A stretch of DNA of 64,000 bases from Candidatus Bathyarchaeota archaeon (GTDB lineage: Archaea; Thermoproteota; Bathyarchaeia; Bathyarchaeales; DTEX01): NCBI GenBank assembly GCA_963714275.1, contig CAVQNT010000002.1, forward strand, positions 480,001 through 544,000, written 5' to 3'. Positions 31,368 to 42,802 of the stretch are shown here, in pieces. Both the position numbers and the translations under genes were made by a program. Below the pieces are notes generated by a model. That model saw only the letters and a program-made list of their open reading frames with translations, searched no databases and was not told the DNA's origin. Position 1 is the stretch's first letter; each line of letters opens with the position of its first letter.

Positions 31368-31547
31368 ATGGAAGTGAAAAAGGTGACTGAGCCTGAACAG
31401 AAGTCTGGGATTCTTTACCAGTGCATGAAGTGTGGCGCCATGGTCAGGTCTACTGATCTTGAGCTCGGTATAAGGTGCCCCTTCTGCCGCTACCGTGTGC
31501 TCATGAAGGTTAGACCACCTATTGTAAAGCGGATTAAGGCTCGTTAA
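31368..31547 (+). CDS. rpoP: RNA polymerase subunit Rpo12 (RpoP)
   Basis: YQCMKCG...IRCPFCRYRVLMKVRP zinc ribbon. Confidence 0.92.
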   Translation: MEVKKVTEPEQKSGILYQCMKCGAMVRSTDLELGIRCPFCRYRVLMKVRPPIVKRIKAR

Positions 31548-31698
31548 CTGATAATTCGTTGGACTTCTATTATATTAGGACTGAACCCTTGAATGTTGAT
31601 TGTGACAGTTTTGGGTCTAGGCTATTTCAAGCCTTGTTTGGATTTATAGCTTTAAATGAAAGAACTGTTTCAGTGAGCAATGATGGAACGGAATTGAA

Positions 31699-32955
31699 AT
31701 GGCAGATTACAAAATCAAGAACATAGATTTGGCAAAAGACGGCGTCCTTCTCATCGAGTGGGCTTCAAAACACATGCCTGCGTTGAGCCAGATAAGGCAA
31801 AGGTTCGAGAAGGAAAAACCACTCAAAGGCTTAATGATCGGCGCATGCCTTCACGTAACCAAGGAGACGGCAGTCTTAGTTGAGGCTTTGAAGGCAGGCG
31901 GAGCCAAAGTTGCGCTCTGTGGGTCTAATCCACTTTCAACCCAAGACGAGGTTGCAGCTGCCCAGGCAAAAAGCGGAATAAGCGTTTACGCTTGGCGGGG
32001 AGAAACAACAGAAGAATACTACTGGAGCCTAAACAGGGTGATTGACCAAAAGCCCATGGTTACTTTGGACGATGGCGCAGACCTAGTTGGCACATTACAC
32101 ACCTCTAGAAAAGAGGCTCTTGCTTCTGTCAAAGGTGGAACAGAGGAAACCACAACTGGAGTGGTCCGGCTGAGGGCTATGAGCGAAAAAGGCGACCTCA
32201 AGTACCCCATAATCGCAGTGAATGACGCTTTTACTAAGTACCTTTTCGACAACCGTTACGGAACGGGTCAAAGCACAATAGATGGCATCTTGCGTGCAAC
32301 GAACGTGCTTTTAGCTGGGAAAAGGTTCGTTGTCTGTGGTTACGGGTGGTGCGGACGAGGCATCGCGTTTAGAGCCCGAGGTTTAGGCTCAAACGTGATC
32401 GTGACCGAAGTTAATCCGCTTCGTGCACTTGAGGCTGTGATGGACGGTTTCCAAGTGTTGCCCATTACAGAAGCTGCGGAGGATGGCGACATTTTTGTTA
32501 CAGCGACTGGAAACATCAATGTCATCCGGAAGGAACATATGCTGAAGATGCGAGACAACGCATTAATGGCTAACAGCGGGCACTTCAATGTTGAAGTGGG
32601 CATAACCGACCTTACAGATGTCACCGTTTCAAAAAGGATGATTCGACCAAACCTTGAGGAGTACACTCTGAAGAATGGGCGAAAGATCTTTTTGCTTGCG
32701 GAAGGCAGGCTGGTGAACCTCGCGTCAGCTGAAGGTCATCCTTCCGAGGTTATGGACATGTCTTTTTCTAATCAAGCCTTGTGCGTTGAATACTTGGCCA
32801 AGAATCCAGGGTTAAAGGCAGGGGTCTACAGTGTGCCAAAAGAAATCGACGAGACGGTTGCGAATTTGAAGCTCAACGGAATGGGAATACGCATAGACGA
32901 GATGACTGAGGAACAGAAAAAATACATCACGAGTTGGGAGTCCGGAACAATCTAG
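31699..32955 (+). CDS. ahcY: Adenosylhomocysteinase
   Basis: [43 protein letters not shown]. Confidence 0.97.
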   Translation: MADYKIKNIDLAKDGVLLIEWASKHMPALSQIRQRFEKEKPLKGLMIGACLHVTKETAVLVEALKAGGAKVALCGSNPLSTQDEVAAAQAKSGISVYAWRGETTEEYYWSLNRVIDQKPMVTLDDGADLVGTLHTSRKEALASVKGGTEETTTGVVRLRAMSEKGDLKYPIIAVNDAFTKYLFDNRYGTGQSTIDGILRATNVLLAGKRFVVCGYGWCGRGIAFRARGLGSNVIVTEVNPLRALEAVMDGFQVLPITEAAEDGDIFVTATGNINVIRKEHMLKMRDNALMANSGHFNVEVGITDLTDVTVSKRMIRPNLEEYTLKNGRKIFLLAEGRLVNLASAEGHPSEVMDMSFSNQALCVEYLAKNPGLKAGVYSVPKEIDETVANLKLNGMGIRIDEMTEEQKKYITSWESGTI

Positions 32956-32968
32956 GAACCCAAAATTA

Positions 32969-33814
32969 TTGGCAGCGCCTTACGCGTGTTCGGTGAAACA
33001 TTTGGATGTCAACTACATAGCCATTCTGAAAGAAATTGCGGGAGAAGTGTACTCAGCTGTAAATTCTCTTTTGGGAACAAGCAAATCCAAGCAAGTCTTA
33101 GGCAAAGGATTCGGAGGAGACCAAACGTTGCTCGTTGACGATGTTGCTGAGAAGGCAATAATCCGTTATCTTAAAAGGCAAAGAATTGCCTGCACCTTTA
33201 TAGGCGAAGAACGCGGTGTCCAAAGGCTTGGAAATAAGTCTGGTTTTTTCCTTGTCGCTGACGCTGTTGACGGATCAACCAACGCGACGAGGGGCATAAA
33301 CTTTGTATCAACATCATTAGCCACAGCTTTAACAGATGACTTGGGTCGCATAGAAGCTGCTTTGGTCATGAATTTATGTGACGGCGAGACGTTCGAGGCT
33401 GAAAAAGGTAAAGGCGCAAGAAGTAATGGTAAAGAAATTAGGACTTCTGATGTTGTTTCTCTTGGAGAAGCAGTTTTAGGCATCGATGTTTCGCGTTCGC
33501 CTGATTCTGTGGAACCGACAATTCCCTTCATGCAAAAAGCCAAGAGCGTAAGGTCTTTCGGTTCAGCGGCTTTGGAGATTTGCCACGTTGCTTCGGGGCG
33601 TTTGGATGCTTACGTGGATTTGAGAGGTATGTTGAGGACGCTTGACTTTGCAGCAGCAATGCTGATTGTCGAGGAGGCTGGAGGAATCTTTGTTCAACAT
33701 GACGGCAAAAGATTTAATGGATATCGTTTGAGCGAGCTGAGCCGCTTCTCCGTATTAGCTGCAGCTAATGAAAACATTTACCGCGAAATCGCATCTAATA
33801 TTTTACATAAATAG
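32969..33814 (+). CDS. Inositol monophosphatase / FBPase family
   Basis: GEE, DAVDGSTN, RSFGSAALE, DFAAA. Confidence 0.88.
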   Translation: MAAPYACSVKHLDVNYIAILKEIAGEVYSAVNSLLGTSKSKQVLGKGFGGDQTLLVDDVAEKAIIRYLKRQRIACTFIGEERGVQRLGNKSGFFLVADAVDGSTNATRGINFVSTSLATALTDDLGRIEAALVMNLCDGETFEAEKGKGARSNGKEIRTSDVVSLGEAVLGIDVSRSPDSVEPTIPFMQKAKSVRSFGSAALEICHVASGRLDAYVDLRGMLRTLDFAAAMLIVEEAGGIFVQHDGKRFNGYRLSELSRFSVLAAANENIYREIASNILHK

Positions 33815-33834
33815 AATCATCTCCGTGAAGGTTT

Positions 33835-34705
33835 ATGGCGCTGAAAGTTACACAGTCAATGTTGCTGAGTCCAGATGCAGCCTTTCTGTTACGAAACGGT
33901 TCAGAGCGAGTCATGGTGATTTCTGACCTTCACATAGGATGGGAAGTTGCCTTAGCTAAAGAAGGTGTTCACGTGCCCTCTCAGACAGGCCGCCTTCTTG
34001 AAAGACTCAAAGACATTCTTGGCTCTGAGAAGCCTGACCGACTCGTCATTCTTGGGGACATCAAGCACACTGTTTCAAAGATCGAATTTGGAGAATGGCG
34101 GGACGTGCCTTGGTTTTTCGAGGAGGTTTGCAAAATTGTGTCTAAGGTGCAGGTTGTGCCTGGCAACCACGATGGCGACTTAGAAGCATTGTTGCCTGAG
34201 TCTGTGGAGCTTTTATCTCCGCGAGGAACCATAGTAGGAGATGTGGGGCTTTTCCACGGTCACACTTGGCCAGACGTGAAAATGCTTGGTTGCAGCACGT
34301 TAGTCGCTGGGCACGTTCATCCCATCGTTGTTTTTTATGATCCCATGGGTTTCCGTATAACGAGGCAGGTTTGGGTTCGTGCGCCATGCGACAAACTGCT
34401 TTTGGCGAAGTCTGTGTTGAAGGGAAACGGTGCAGGCGTAAAAAAGGGGGAGGAGCTGAAAAAATGTCCTCAAGGTCAAATTCAACACTGAACTCAGAGC
34501 TGAGGCATTCGTCATAGTGCCTTCTTTCAACGATTACTTAGGCGGGCAGGCTGTGAATGGTTCTTCCATTCCTAAAAGAAAGAAGTTTGAGGGATTCATT
34601 GGACCTGTCCTACGTTCAGGAAGCGTTAACCTTGATAAGGCTGAAACCTACCTTTTAGATGGGACTTTCTTGGGGACGATTGACCATCTCAGAAAACTCA
34701 GCTGA
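33835..34705 (+). CDS. Calcineurin-like metallophosphoesterase, frameshifted near the C-terminus
   Basis: DLHIG, GDIKH, GNHD, HGH and GHVHP; PSFN...YLLDGT in the shifted frame. Confidence 0.85.
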
Positions 34706-34728
34706 GACAAACAATATTACCCTTTTGG

Positions 34729-35169
34729 ATGAATAGATTTAAATGTGAAATTTGTATGGAAAAAGGCAAGGTTGAAACTCGGTCTCTTCAGGACATCTGC
34801 GACGAAGCGAAGGAGAAAGGACAGCTTACCGAAGACCAATTGGCAGGGCTAAAAGCAGTTTTTGGTCAACGTTTCAGTAACGCTTGGGAAGCTGTGGAGG
34901 ATTCGCGTGTAAAAAGGTATTTTTTTAAGCCGAGTGACCGTGTGGTTTGGATTGTTGTTGGGAGAAAACGGGATTACCTTGTTTTATCCGCCGCGGGTTA
35001 TTGTTCCTGCGACGACTTCTACTACAGCGTCATGGAGGGAAAGGCTTTCCTCTGTTATCATCTTATCGGTCAGAAGATTGCTGAGGCTTTGGGGCGGTTC
35101 GACCGGATCGAAGAAGACGACGACCTCTATGAAGTGTTGATGAAGGAGTGGAAGGAAGTAACATCTTAA
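34729..35169 (+). CDS. SWIM zinc-finger protein
   Basis: CSC...CYH motif. Confidence 0.8.
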   Translation: MNRFKCEICMEKGKVETRSLQDICDEAKEKGQLTEDQLAGLKAVFGQRFSNAWEAVEDSRVKRYFFKPSDRVVWIVVGRKRDYLVLSAAGYCSCDDFYYSVMEGKAFLCYHLIGQKIAEALGRFDRIEEDDDLYEVLMKEWKEVTS

Positions 35170-35190
35170 ATATTTGCATTCACACAATAC

Positions 35191-35403
35191 ATGAAGGCTG
35201 GACGAACTATGTCTGTTGAAGAATATTTCAGCACAATCATCTGGATCCTGATGGGACTTACGTTCATCGCCATCTCGCTCATATTTCTTTACATGATTTA
35301 TGGCGAAAAAGAGGAAGCAACCGAAACCTCAAGCTCGACGAAAACAATAACGGTCACAAATAACATTTTAAAGTTTACAAGTAAGATTCCAGCATTCCTG
35401 TAA
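35191..35403 (+). CDS. Small single-TM protein
   Basis: One hydrophobic helix; fills the intergenic gap. Confidence 0.5.
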   Translation: MKAGRTMSVEEYFSTIIWILMGLTFIAISLIFLYMIYGEKEEATETSSSTKTITVTNNILKFTSKIPAFL

Positions 35404-35522
35404 GCGTGTCTGGTTTCTACATTTTATGAAGTCAGGAATGCTAAGCACAATTGTCGAATCCGCCATTATGCGATTGTTAGAAATACATGATGCTTCAGAT
35501 AGGCTTTAATGTACTTTCATGA

Positions 35523-36719
35523 ATGTTCAAAAAGGTTGAAGTGCCAAGGATGCCACTTGAGGATATCATACAAAAGATTCTCAGTTTCCGCTCAGACATG
35601 ACACGCGAAGAACTACAAAAAATGATTGAGGCGAAGGTTGAAGAGGCCAAGGGCTTCTTGACACAAGAAAGTGCAGCTCGGGCAGTCGCTGTGGAGCTCG
35701 GAGTCGAACAGTTGAAGATTCCGTCCACGCACAGAATAACTGTTAAAGACTTGGTTTCAGGTCTTGGCGATGTCACGATTTCAGCTCGTATCATTTATGT
35801 TGGTCCTCTCCAAAAAATTTCTAACCAAGATGAAAAAGAAGTGAAGCTGAGGCACTTAGTTATTGCTGATAAAACTGGAGAACTGAGGGTCGTTATTTGG
35901 GAACACAAGGCTGACTTGGCTGATTCGTTAAGTTTGCTTGGTCATGTTGCCCAATTCTCACATGGTTACGTTCGCACAGGTTATAACGGAAGACTTGAAC
36001 TGAGCATCGGTTCGAAAGGAAGCATCGAGGTCGCTTCGTCTGACGTGTCCAGGGACGATTTCCCGTTGTTGACTGAATTTCACAAAAAAATCGGAGAGTT
36101 AACAAAAGACGCCAAAAAAGTGAATGTGATCGGCAGCGTTGCTGGGGTTCATCCAGCTTCAAGTTTCAGCCGTGAAGACAGCAAAGAAGGGATGCTGAAA
36201 AAACTTGAATTGCAGGATGAAACGGGCATAGTTACGATTGTTTTCTGGAACTCCAAGGTTCAGGAATCAGCCGACATTAAGAGCGGAAGCTTGCTGCAGG
36301 TTTTTGGGGCAAAAGTCAAGGAGTCACTTAATGGAGGCGTTGAACTGCATGTGGACTCGTCTGTTGGCTTTGTCCTTTTGAAGGAGTTACCTGGCGGATA
36401 CGAGAATTTTTCATCTAATCCCACAAAGATAAGAGACCTTAAACCCGGTTTGAAGGTCATGGTTGAGGGAAACGTCGTCACCCAGCCCGTAATTAAGGAA
36501 GTGACAACATCTCAAAACGAGAAAATTAATTTAGCCTCTTTTGAACTTGACGACGAAACTGGTAGAATCAAAGTGTTGTTATGGCGAGACTTTGTGGTGC
36601 TTGCTGAAAATTTGGAAGTTAACAAAAAAATTAGGATAAAATGTATCTACGTGGATTATGGCTCATTCGATAAGTTGATACTTTCATCTAATTCAGGAAC
36701 AGGATTAGACAGAATCTGA
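35523..36719 (+). CDS. Replication protein A-like multi-OB-fold protein
   Basis: Three repeats of the D.TG.I...W OB-fold motif. Confidence 0.85.
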   Translation: MFKKVEVPRMPLEDIIQKILSFRSDMTREELQKMIEAKVEEAKGFLTQESAARAVAVELGVEQLKIPSTHRITVKDLVSGLGDVTISARIIYVGPLQKISNQDEKEVKLRHLVIADKTGELRVVIWEHKADLADSLSLLGHVAQFSHGYVRTGYNGRLELSIGSKGSIEVASSDVSRDDFPLLTEFHKKIGELTKDAKKVNVIGSVAGVHPASSFSREDSKEGMLKKLELQDETGIVTIVFWNSKVQESADIKSGSLLQVFGAKVKESLNGGVELHVDSSVGFVLLKELPGGYENFSSNPTKIRDLKPGLKVMVEGNVVTQPVIKEVTTSQNEKINLASFELDDETGRIKVLLWRDFVVLAENLEVNKKIRIKCIYVDYGSFDKLILSSNSGTGLDRI

Positions 36720-36763
36720 TTTTTTTCTTAACAAACCTAGTGAAGTTTCTGTCTGAACCTTGC

Positions 36764-37183
36764 CTATTTTCTGACTAGCACTATTTCCATCGAAGATACG
36801 TTGGACTTTGGTCTATCAGGACTTGAGAGTTCTACTGTGCTAATGTCGATTTTTTCGATTACCACATCTTTCATGAACACGCGTCGGAGAAGCTCCGCTG
36901 TGTCGACTGCTCTGCTGATGGCTCTTCCCCTAGCCTTCACTACTACCTTCTTGGCGCCAGTGTTGAACGAGGTTAAACAAGCAACCACGTATGCCATCAC
37001 TGGTTTCTGACCAATAAAGACATGGTTCTCTTCAGTTTTCGCTACAGGTTTAGGTTCTGATTTTTCTACGGGTTTTTCAACAGGTTTAGTCACTGTCTTT
37101 TCCACTGGTTTTGCCTCTGGTTTTTCCACAGGTTTTCTCGCAGGTTTTTTTTCCGTTTTCTTTACAGTTTTTCCTTCAGCCAT
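36764..37183 (-). CDS. albA: Alba chromatin protein with Lys/Pro-rich N-terminal extension
   Basis: IGQKPVMAYV...KARGRAISRAVD...NVSSMEIVL Alba core preceded by about 50 aa of KPVEK-like repeats. Confidence 0.92.
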   Translation of the reverse strand: MAEGKTVKKTEKKPARKPVEKPEAKPVEKTVTKPVEKPVEKSEPKPVAKTEENHVFIGQKPVMAYVVACLTSFNTGAKKVVVKARGRAISRAVDTAELLRRVFMKDVVIEKIDISTVELSSPDRPKSNVSSMEIVLVRK

Positions 37184-37295
37184 ATCGTGTTTTCCTCCTT
37201 AATATTTAGTAGTTGAGCACATCGGTTTGTTGGTTTAGATAGCATATGAACTTCATTGGTCTTCTTATATCTTTCTGTAGGGGGTAAAATACCGA

Positions 37296-39100
37296 TCAAA
37301 ACAGAGAAAGCAGTACAGTGAAGGCAAATCCAAACGCTGGAAAGACTATTGTTGAGGTTTTTTTCGCCTTTTTCGCCCCTTCGTCAACGATCAATGATAG
37401 TTTATCGATTTGCCGTTCGCCTATTACCCTTACGCCTTGAACCGTCATTCGTTGCCAAGAAACCTCTGCAGGTTCAAGGGTTCCCAAAGCCAGTGCAGCG
37501 GTCTGCTTAACGTTTTCTATCAGTCTTTGGTGGTCAATAGCCTTTCCGACTGGGTTGTATCCCATCTCATTCATGACCACAGCATTCACCACGTGAGTGT
37601 CAGTTGTAAAAATTTCGCCACTGCTTATGCCTAGTTCAAGTAAGCCTTCGAGTATTTTTTCACGTAAGCCAGACACCATGTTGTTTCCATCAATAGTGAC
37701 ATAAGCGGTTGTCTGGTCATCCATCCTGACCACAGTTACGGTTATTCCGCCGGGTCCCATTCCGTCTTCAACGCTGAATTCTATGGGGACAACTTTCGCT
37801 ACACCTACCTTAAAACGTGATTGTTTGCGACTGGACGCAAGTTCAATGATTGCTTTGGATGCTTTTTCTATAGGCTTAACGGCTTTCTCAACATCGAAAA
37901 GTCCCTGAATGCTGTTATGGGCGTCAATTGCGACAACCCAAGACAATCCTTTTTTCTGGGCTTCCTGCAAAATGGCTTCATTTAGTTCTAACGGCAGATC
38001 CTCCATTGTTTCAGGCGCAAGCGTCAACGTGACTAGTGCGCAGTCACCGAATATCTGGCATCCCGCTGTGGCTCCGTCCAGTTTGGTGGTCTCGAACGGC
38101 GTCGCCTTGGCGCTGAAGGCATCAAACTTCACGGACTCAAGAACGAGTTCTATGAGTTTCGCATTCTGAGTTTGGGAAGCTAAGTCGAGTCGTGACCTGA
38201 AATGCCATGCGGAACAGAGACGATACATCCGAGCTTCTTTTCCAAGGCTGTCTGAATCATGCTTGGGATTGCGCTGCTTCCAATGTTCTTGAACGGTCCT
38301 GGATGAACGGCGGGGACAACCATCACGGTCTTTAAACTGTTTCCCGTCTTGAACGCTATGAGCGAGACTGTAATGTCCCGTTCTTCGCTGAATTGTTCAA
38401 GGACATCTTCAAAAGGCTTCACGAGACCTTCAGTCCAATTCGCGAGAAACGCCCTAAACATTTTCACTGATGGAATCCCAAGCGACCTAGTGCGTAAAGT
38501 ATTCATATCTGCGATGAAGGTTTTGACGCCAACAAAAGCCAATGAACCTGCCAGAAACATATAGAGCATTGAGTAACCTTGAACTGCGAGCGGCAAATGG
38601 CTAATCAGAAACAGAAACAAAAACAATGTTGGCTGTAATGTCGCAGCGAGAATAATCCTTGAGGAACTCATGAACGAAAGAACACAAAAAACGAGGAAAC
38701 TCAACGATAAAGCAACAAAGAATCCCATAGCCACCACTTTGGGATAAATGACAACATCGCCAAGCCAAAAGGAAGCCAAAGCTGCAAAACAAACAGCCCC
38801 CGTGATAATTAGGTTAGAAGCCAGAGAAATGAACGAGCATCTTCTCAGGTCAAGTATAAGGTCATTTTTTAGAGTAATTTTGCATATCACGTAGTCTGCG
38901 ATAAAGGTTTCAGTAAAAAGCATCGCTCCGACTGCGATTCCCCAAATTAGGCTTTGCGGAGAAGACGAGAGCTGGAGTTGCCCTATGACGCCTGTTGCGA
39001 CGCATTGAATACATAGGCACGCCACTATTTTCGCGTATGATGGAAGAGTGAAAAGCAACGAGTATCGGCTGACCGCTTTTTCTACATGCTTTCTCTGCAA
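37296..39100 (-). CDS. DUF2070-family membrane protein, frameshifted near 38190
   Basis: HPGPF..IGS, IDAHN, DGNNM and TTDTH motifs; N-terminal TM region. Confidence 0.82.
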
Positions 39101-39329
39101 TGCAGCGTCTCCAAAGTGACATACGATAGTGACATTAACCTGTTCAAAAACTTTGAGGTTTTTACACCATTATGCTCATTCTAGAAGATTGATCTAAGCT
39201 TTTTGGACCAAAAAGATGAAAAAAACAGCTTAACCCTTGATATGAAGAGCCATTAATTAATCCCAATCTGAGCGTCAGAGGAACAGAAAGGCTTATTTGC
39301 CTATTAAAACACTTTTCTGGTGAAGGTTA

Positions 39330-39608
39330 ATGTCAGGCAATTCACCTCCGCCTACAGTTTTATTAATGCTTGAACGTCATCTGGGGCGAAAAATCCACGT
39401 TATCCTAGACCAATCTTACGGGTACGAAGGAACCTTAGCTGCAGTGTCAAGAGACCCGCCCGGACTTTGGCTTTCAGACGGCAAAGCAACCGTTCTCAGA
39501 TCAACCATTACACAACCCATACCGCAAGTCGTAAGCCGCGAAGACCGAAGCGAAGTCTTCATAAACCTCACTTCAGTCCAAAGACTGGAAGTACTACACG
39601 AAGACTAA
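39330..39608 (+). CDS. Divergent Sm/Lsm-fold-like small protein
   Basis: Helix followed by IHVIL..YEGTL..LWLSD..VFINL..V..LEV, the Sm1/Sm2 strand spacing. Confidence 0.55.
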   Translation: MSGNSPPPTVLLMLERHLGRKIHVILDQSYGYEGTLAAVSRDPPGLWLSDGKATVLRSTITQPIPQVVSREDRSEVFINLTSVQRLEVLHED

Positions 39609-39971
39609 ACAAACCTTCAAAAACCATTATAAACCAACCTTTTAAGCCCCAAAACAACTGAGCAACTGCGCCACAAAACAAATCAGGCCTTCACAGGTCG
39701 CGGTTTGTCATTCAAACAGAAAATTCTAATGTCACACAAAACAGACAGCCTTCCGAAGAAGCATTTGTTGTTCAAAACGCAAATTCGGATGATGAACAAA
39801 TCAGACCTATCTTTGCAGTTGCCAATTGTCACAAAAATCAGACCAGACGAATCCGCATGAATCGAACGACCAAATGGCATCTAAAAGAGCAATCCATTCT
39901 GATATGCGCTGTATCTTAAAGGTTATTACGGACCAGCAAGCCATACTTATCAAGAAATGGGCAGATGAAAA

Positions 39972-40601
39972 TTGCTGACAAAGTTAAAGAAGACCGTTCA
40001 ATCATGGATGAAGACTCAGGCAATGGCAGCTCATAAAATCGGGCTGACACCGAATGTGATTAGCGGTCTAGGCGTCGTCCTCGGCGTAGCCTCAGGCCTC
40101 GTCTACTGGCAAGCTGGACTGACCATTGATAGCCCCAGCATTTATCCTTCTTATCTTGTAACAGCAATTGTTTTGCTTCTCACCTCGGGATACTGCGACG
40201 CTCTTGACGGTGCCCTAGCAAGGCTGCATGATGAGACTTCGGTTGCTGGCGGTTTTTTGGATTCGCTGCTGGACCGATATGTCGATGCTTCAGTTTACTG
40301 CGGTTTGATAGTTGGTGGGCTGTGCGACGCTTTCTGGGGACTTTTAGCGTTAATCGGCTCTTTGCTTACGAGTTATACCCGAGCAAGGTCCGAAGCAGCT
40401 AACGTTCCAATGGAAACAATCGGCGTCGTTGAAAGGGCAGAAAGATTAATCATAATTGCCTTAGCCAGTCTTATGAGCATCGTTTGGCTGGATGCCATAC
40501 GCTGGTCCATAATACTCTTAGCTGCCGCGACAAACATAACTGTCCTTCAACGTGTACTCTACTTTTTGAGAAAGGCCGGTTCTCAGAAAAATCCTAATTG
40601 A
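39972..40601 (+). CDS. CDP-alcohol phosphatidyltransferase (archaetidylinositol-phosphate synthase-like)
   Basis: DALDGALAR...GGFLDSLLDRYVD signature. Confidence 0.9.
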   Translation: MLTKLKKTVQSWMKTQAMAAHKIGLTPNVISGLGVVLGVASGLVYWQAGLTIDSPSIYPSYLVTAIVLLLTSGYCDALDGALARLHDETSVAGGFLDSLLDRYVDASVYCGLIVGGLCDAFWGLLALIGSLLTSYTRARSEAANVPMETIGVVERAERLIIIALASLMSIVWLDAIRWSIILLAAATNITVLQRVLYFLRKAGSQKNPN

Positions 40602-40636
40602 CACTATTTTACTACGTTCTTCTCTGTTTTCCAGAT

Positions 40637-40915
40637 TTAGAAAGGGCGTCTTCGAGAATCTCTTGCCCTGACCTTCACTATGCCACGGTGCACCGCGCAT
40701 GAGACACAATAATACTTCGTGTCAACATGGGTCGGCATGTATGCCCCTTTCTGGCGAAGCTCCTTATACAAGGCTGAATCAACAAGCGTAACCCTACGTG
40801 TGGATTTCTTTGCCTTGTCTCTCGGAACGAGTTCTCCGCATTTACTGCATTGAACGACGCTACTGTGACCTTTCTGGCCTTTCGCGCGACCTCTGCTTTT
40901 CCGTTTAAATGGCAT
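40637..40915 (-). CDS. rps26e: Ribosomal protein eS26
   Basis: MPFKRKSRGR...CSKCG...VPRDKA...YCVSCAVH. Confidence 0.95.
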   Translation of the reverse strand: MPFKRKSRGRAKGQKGHSSVVQCSKCGELVPRDKAKKSTRRVTLVDSALYKELRQKGAYMPTHVDTKYYCVSCAVHRGIVKVRARDSRRRPF

Positions 40916-41067
40916 AATATATACATTCCTGTGCATTATTTCTGGATTATGTAGATAAAACATGAGTATGCGTTCTTATACCTTGCGTTTTTTAGCTACT
41001 CGCATATTGTTCGATTCCATTCGTTTATGCAACTTTTTAAGTCACCAGATAAATTACAAGCAACCGA

Positions 41068-42003
41068 ATGGAGACTAACCTGATGGGTCCATTTGACATA
41101 GTAACGGTTGGTCATTTCTCAATCGACCTCATCAAACTTCCAAACATAAATGGGACTAAACCTACGCTTGGAGGACCTCCCGCATACGTGTCTTTAGCAG
41201 CCAAAAAACTCGATGCTGATGTCTCCGTCATTTCGAAGGTTGGCATGGACTTTCCTGACAAATTTCAACAGTTTCTGGAACTTAGAGGAGTTGACCTGTC
41301 TGGCTTAAAGAAAGACGGAAACGCATCGACAACCAGTTTTCTACTCGATTACGGATCAAGCGGAAAACGCAAGATTGTTTTGAGAAACAGGGCTCCATCA
41401 ATAGAAGTAGACGACATACCTAACGCATTAAATTCTAAAGTTGTCCACATCGCGCCCATCGCAAACGAGATTCCTCATGAAACATTACATAAGCTAAAAA
41501 CCTCTGGCTCAATAGTGTCTCTGGACCCCCAAGGTTTTGTCCGTAAGTTCAAGGAGAACGGAAAAGTGTGCCTTGGGCAGCTCGAAGACTCAGAGGTCCT
41601 GAAAGGAGTCGACGTTCTTAAGGCTTCATACGATGAAGCTAAGGCTATCACTAGGCAGCCAAACCTTGTTAATGTGGTCAAAAATTTTATTAAAAAAGGC
41701 ATCAAAATAATCATCATAACCAGAGGAGCAGAAGCCACGTTATTGTGTGTTGAAGGCAGGCTGTTTTCGGTTCCGTCTGCGAAGCCCAGAGTCGTAGTTG
41801 ACACAACTGGAGCTGGCGACGTGTTTATCGGAGCATTCCTAACCAAGTTTGTGCGTGGCGAGGAACCTTTGTGGTGCGCCTGCGTAGGTTCAGCTGCAGC
41901 CTCCTTTGTCGTTGAGAAGTATGGTCCAAATGGATTCGGCGCACAAAAACAAGTTTGTGCAAGAGCCACAGAAGTTTATAATGAGGCTTCAGTTGTTTCG
42001 TGA
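41068..42003 (+). CDS. PfkB-family carbohydrate kinase
   Basis: LGGPP, DPQG, DTTGAGD. Confidence 0.9.
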   Translation: METNLMGPFDIVTVGHFSIDLIKLPNINGTKPTLGGPPAYVSLAAKKLDADVSVISKVGMDFPDKFQQFLELRGVDLSGLKKDGNASTTSFLLDYGSSGKRKIVLRNRAPSIEVDDIPNALNSKVVHIAPIANEIPHETLHKLKTSGSIVSLDPQGFVRKFKENGKVCLGQLEDSEVLKGVDVLKASYDEAKAITRQPNLVNVVKNFIKKGIKIIIITRGAEATLLCVEGRLFSVPSAKPRVVVDTTGAGDVFIGAFLTKFVRGEEPLWCACVGSAAASFVVEKYGPNGFGAQKQVCARATEVYNEASVVS

Positions 42004-42055
42004 ATCTTTGTTGGTCAATCTATTACTTGACATATTGATTTCTAAATTTACATTA

Positions 42056-42313
42056 CTAGATTTCATTGTTTTTGTCATCCACTTCGAATAAGTGGCAAAG
42101 AATATCGTAAAGTTCCTGTCCACCGTCCATTTTTAAGAAAGTTTCCTTCTCAGATTTCAGGATTTCTCTGGCTGTTCTGCGGGTTTTTTGCCATTCGATT
42201 TCGTTCCACATCACCTTGTAGTTTTTGAACTCGAGCCATGCACGGACTATTAAGACAATGAACATGGCGACCGTTAAAACCAAGTTTAATAAATAGATGT
42301 CAAGCAAATCCAT
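42056..42313 (-). CDS. Small single-TM hypothetical protein
   Basis: 85 aa, N-terminal TM helix, upstream GGAGG. Confidence 0.6.
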   Translation of the reverse strand: MDLLDIYLLNLVLTVAMFIVLIVRAWLEFKNYKVMWNEIEWQKTRRTAREILKSEKETFLKMDGGQELYDILCHLFEVDDKNNEI

Positions 42314-42435
42314 AATTCGATGATGCCTCCATTTTTAGAAAAAATAGGCATCAACACATATAAGGAGAATGTTCCATAAAATCGTTAAACCTTTTAAGTT
42401 TAGTAATCATAGATGCAGTTAATAAATATAGACCG

Positions 42436-42702
42436 GTGTTCAAGTTGGGCAAAATTTCCAAAGGCGAGAAATGCAGCGTCAAAGGATGCGCGAAAGAAGC
42501 AGTCCGTTCCTTACCTATTGACGACGTGACCGCTGCAGGCATAGAGGTGCATGGAACTCGCCGCGTCTACCTTTGTAGAGACCATTACAAACAATACAAG
42601 AAATCCGCCAAAAAAGAACAGATGGTCGGCAAATGGCGGTACGGTGGACGAATTAAAAAATTTGACAGTTCTTTTAACACATATGTCAAGACTGGAGCGT
42701 AA
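42436..42702 (+). CDS. Small Cys/His zinc-binding archaeal protein
   Basis: CSVKGC...YLCRDHYK. Confidence 0.7.
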   Translation: MFKLGKISKGEKCSVKGCAKEAVRSLPIDDVTAAGIEVHGTRRVYLCRDHYKQYKKSAKKEQMVGKWRYGGRIKKFDSSFNTYVKTGA

Positions 42703-42802
42703 TTGGTTTTTTAGGTAAAATAGTCAATCCCCCTCCCCCTTCTTTCACAGACCCTTTTTATACGATTCTCTCGGACATTAGGCTAAGCAAATCAGACTAT
42801 CA

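Noticed and set aside
39683-39880. 65-aa Cys-containing minus-strand ORF
   Set aside because: No recognisable motif or clear start signals; cannot be supported as a gene.
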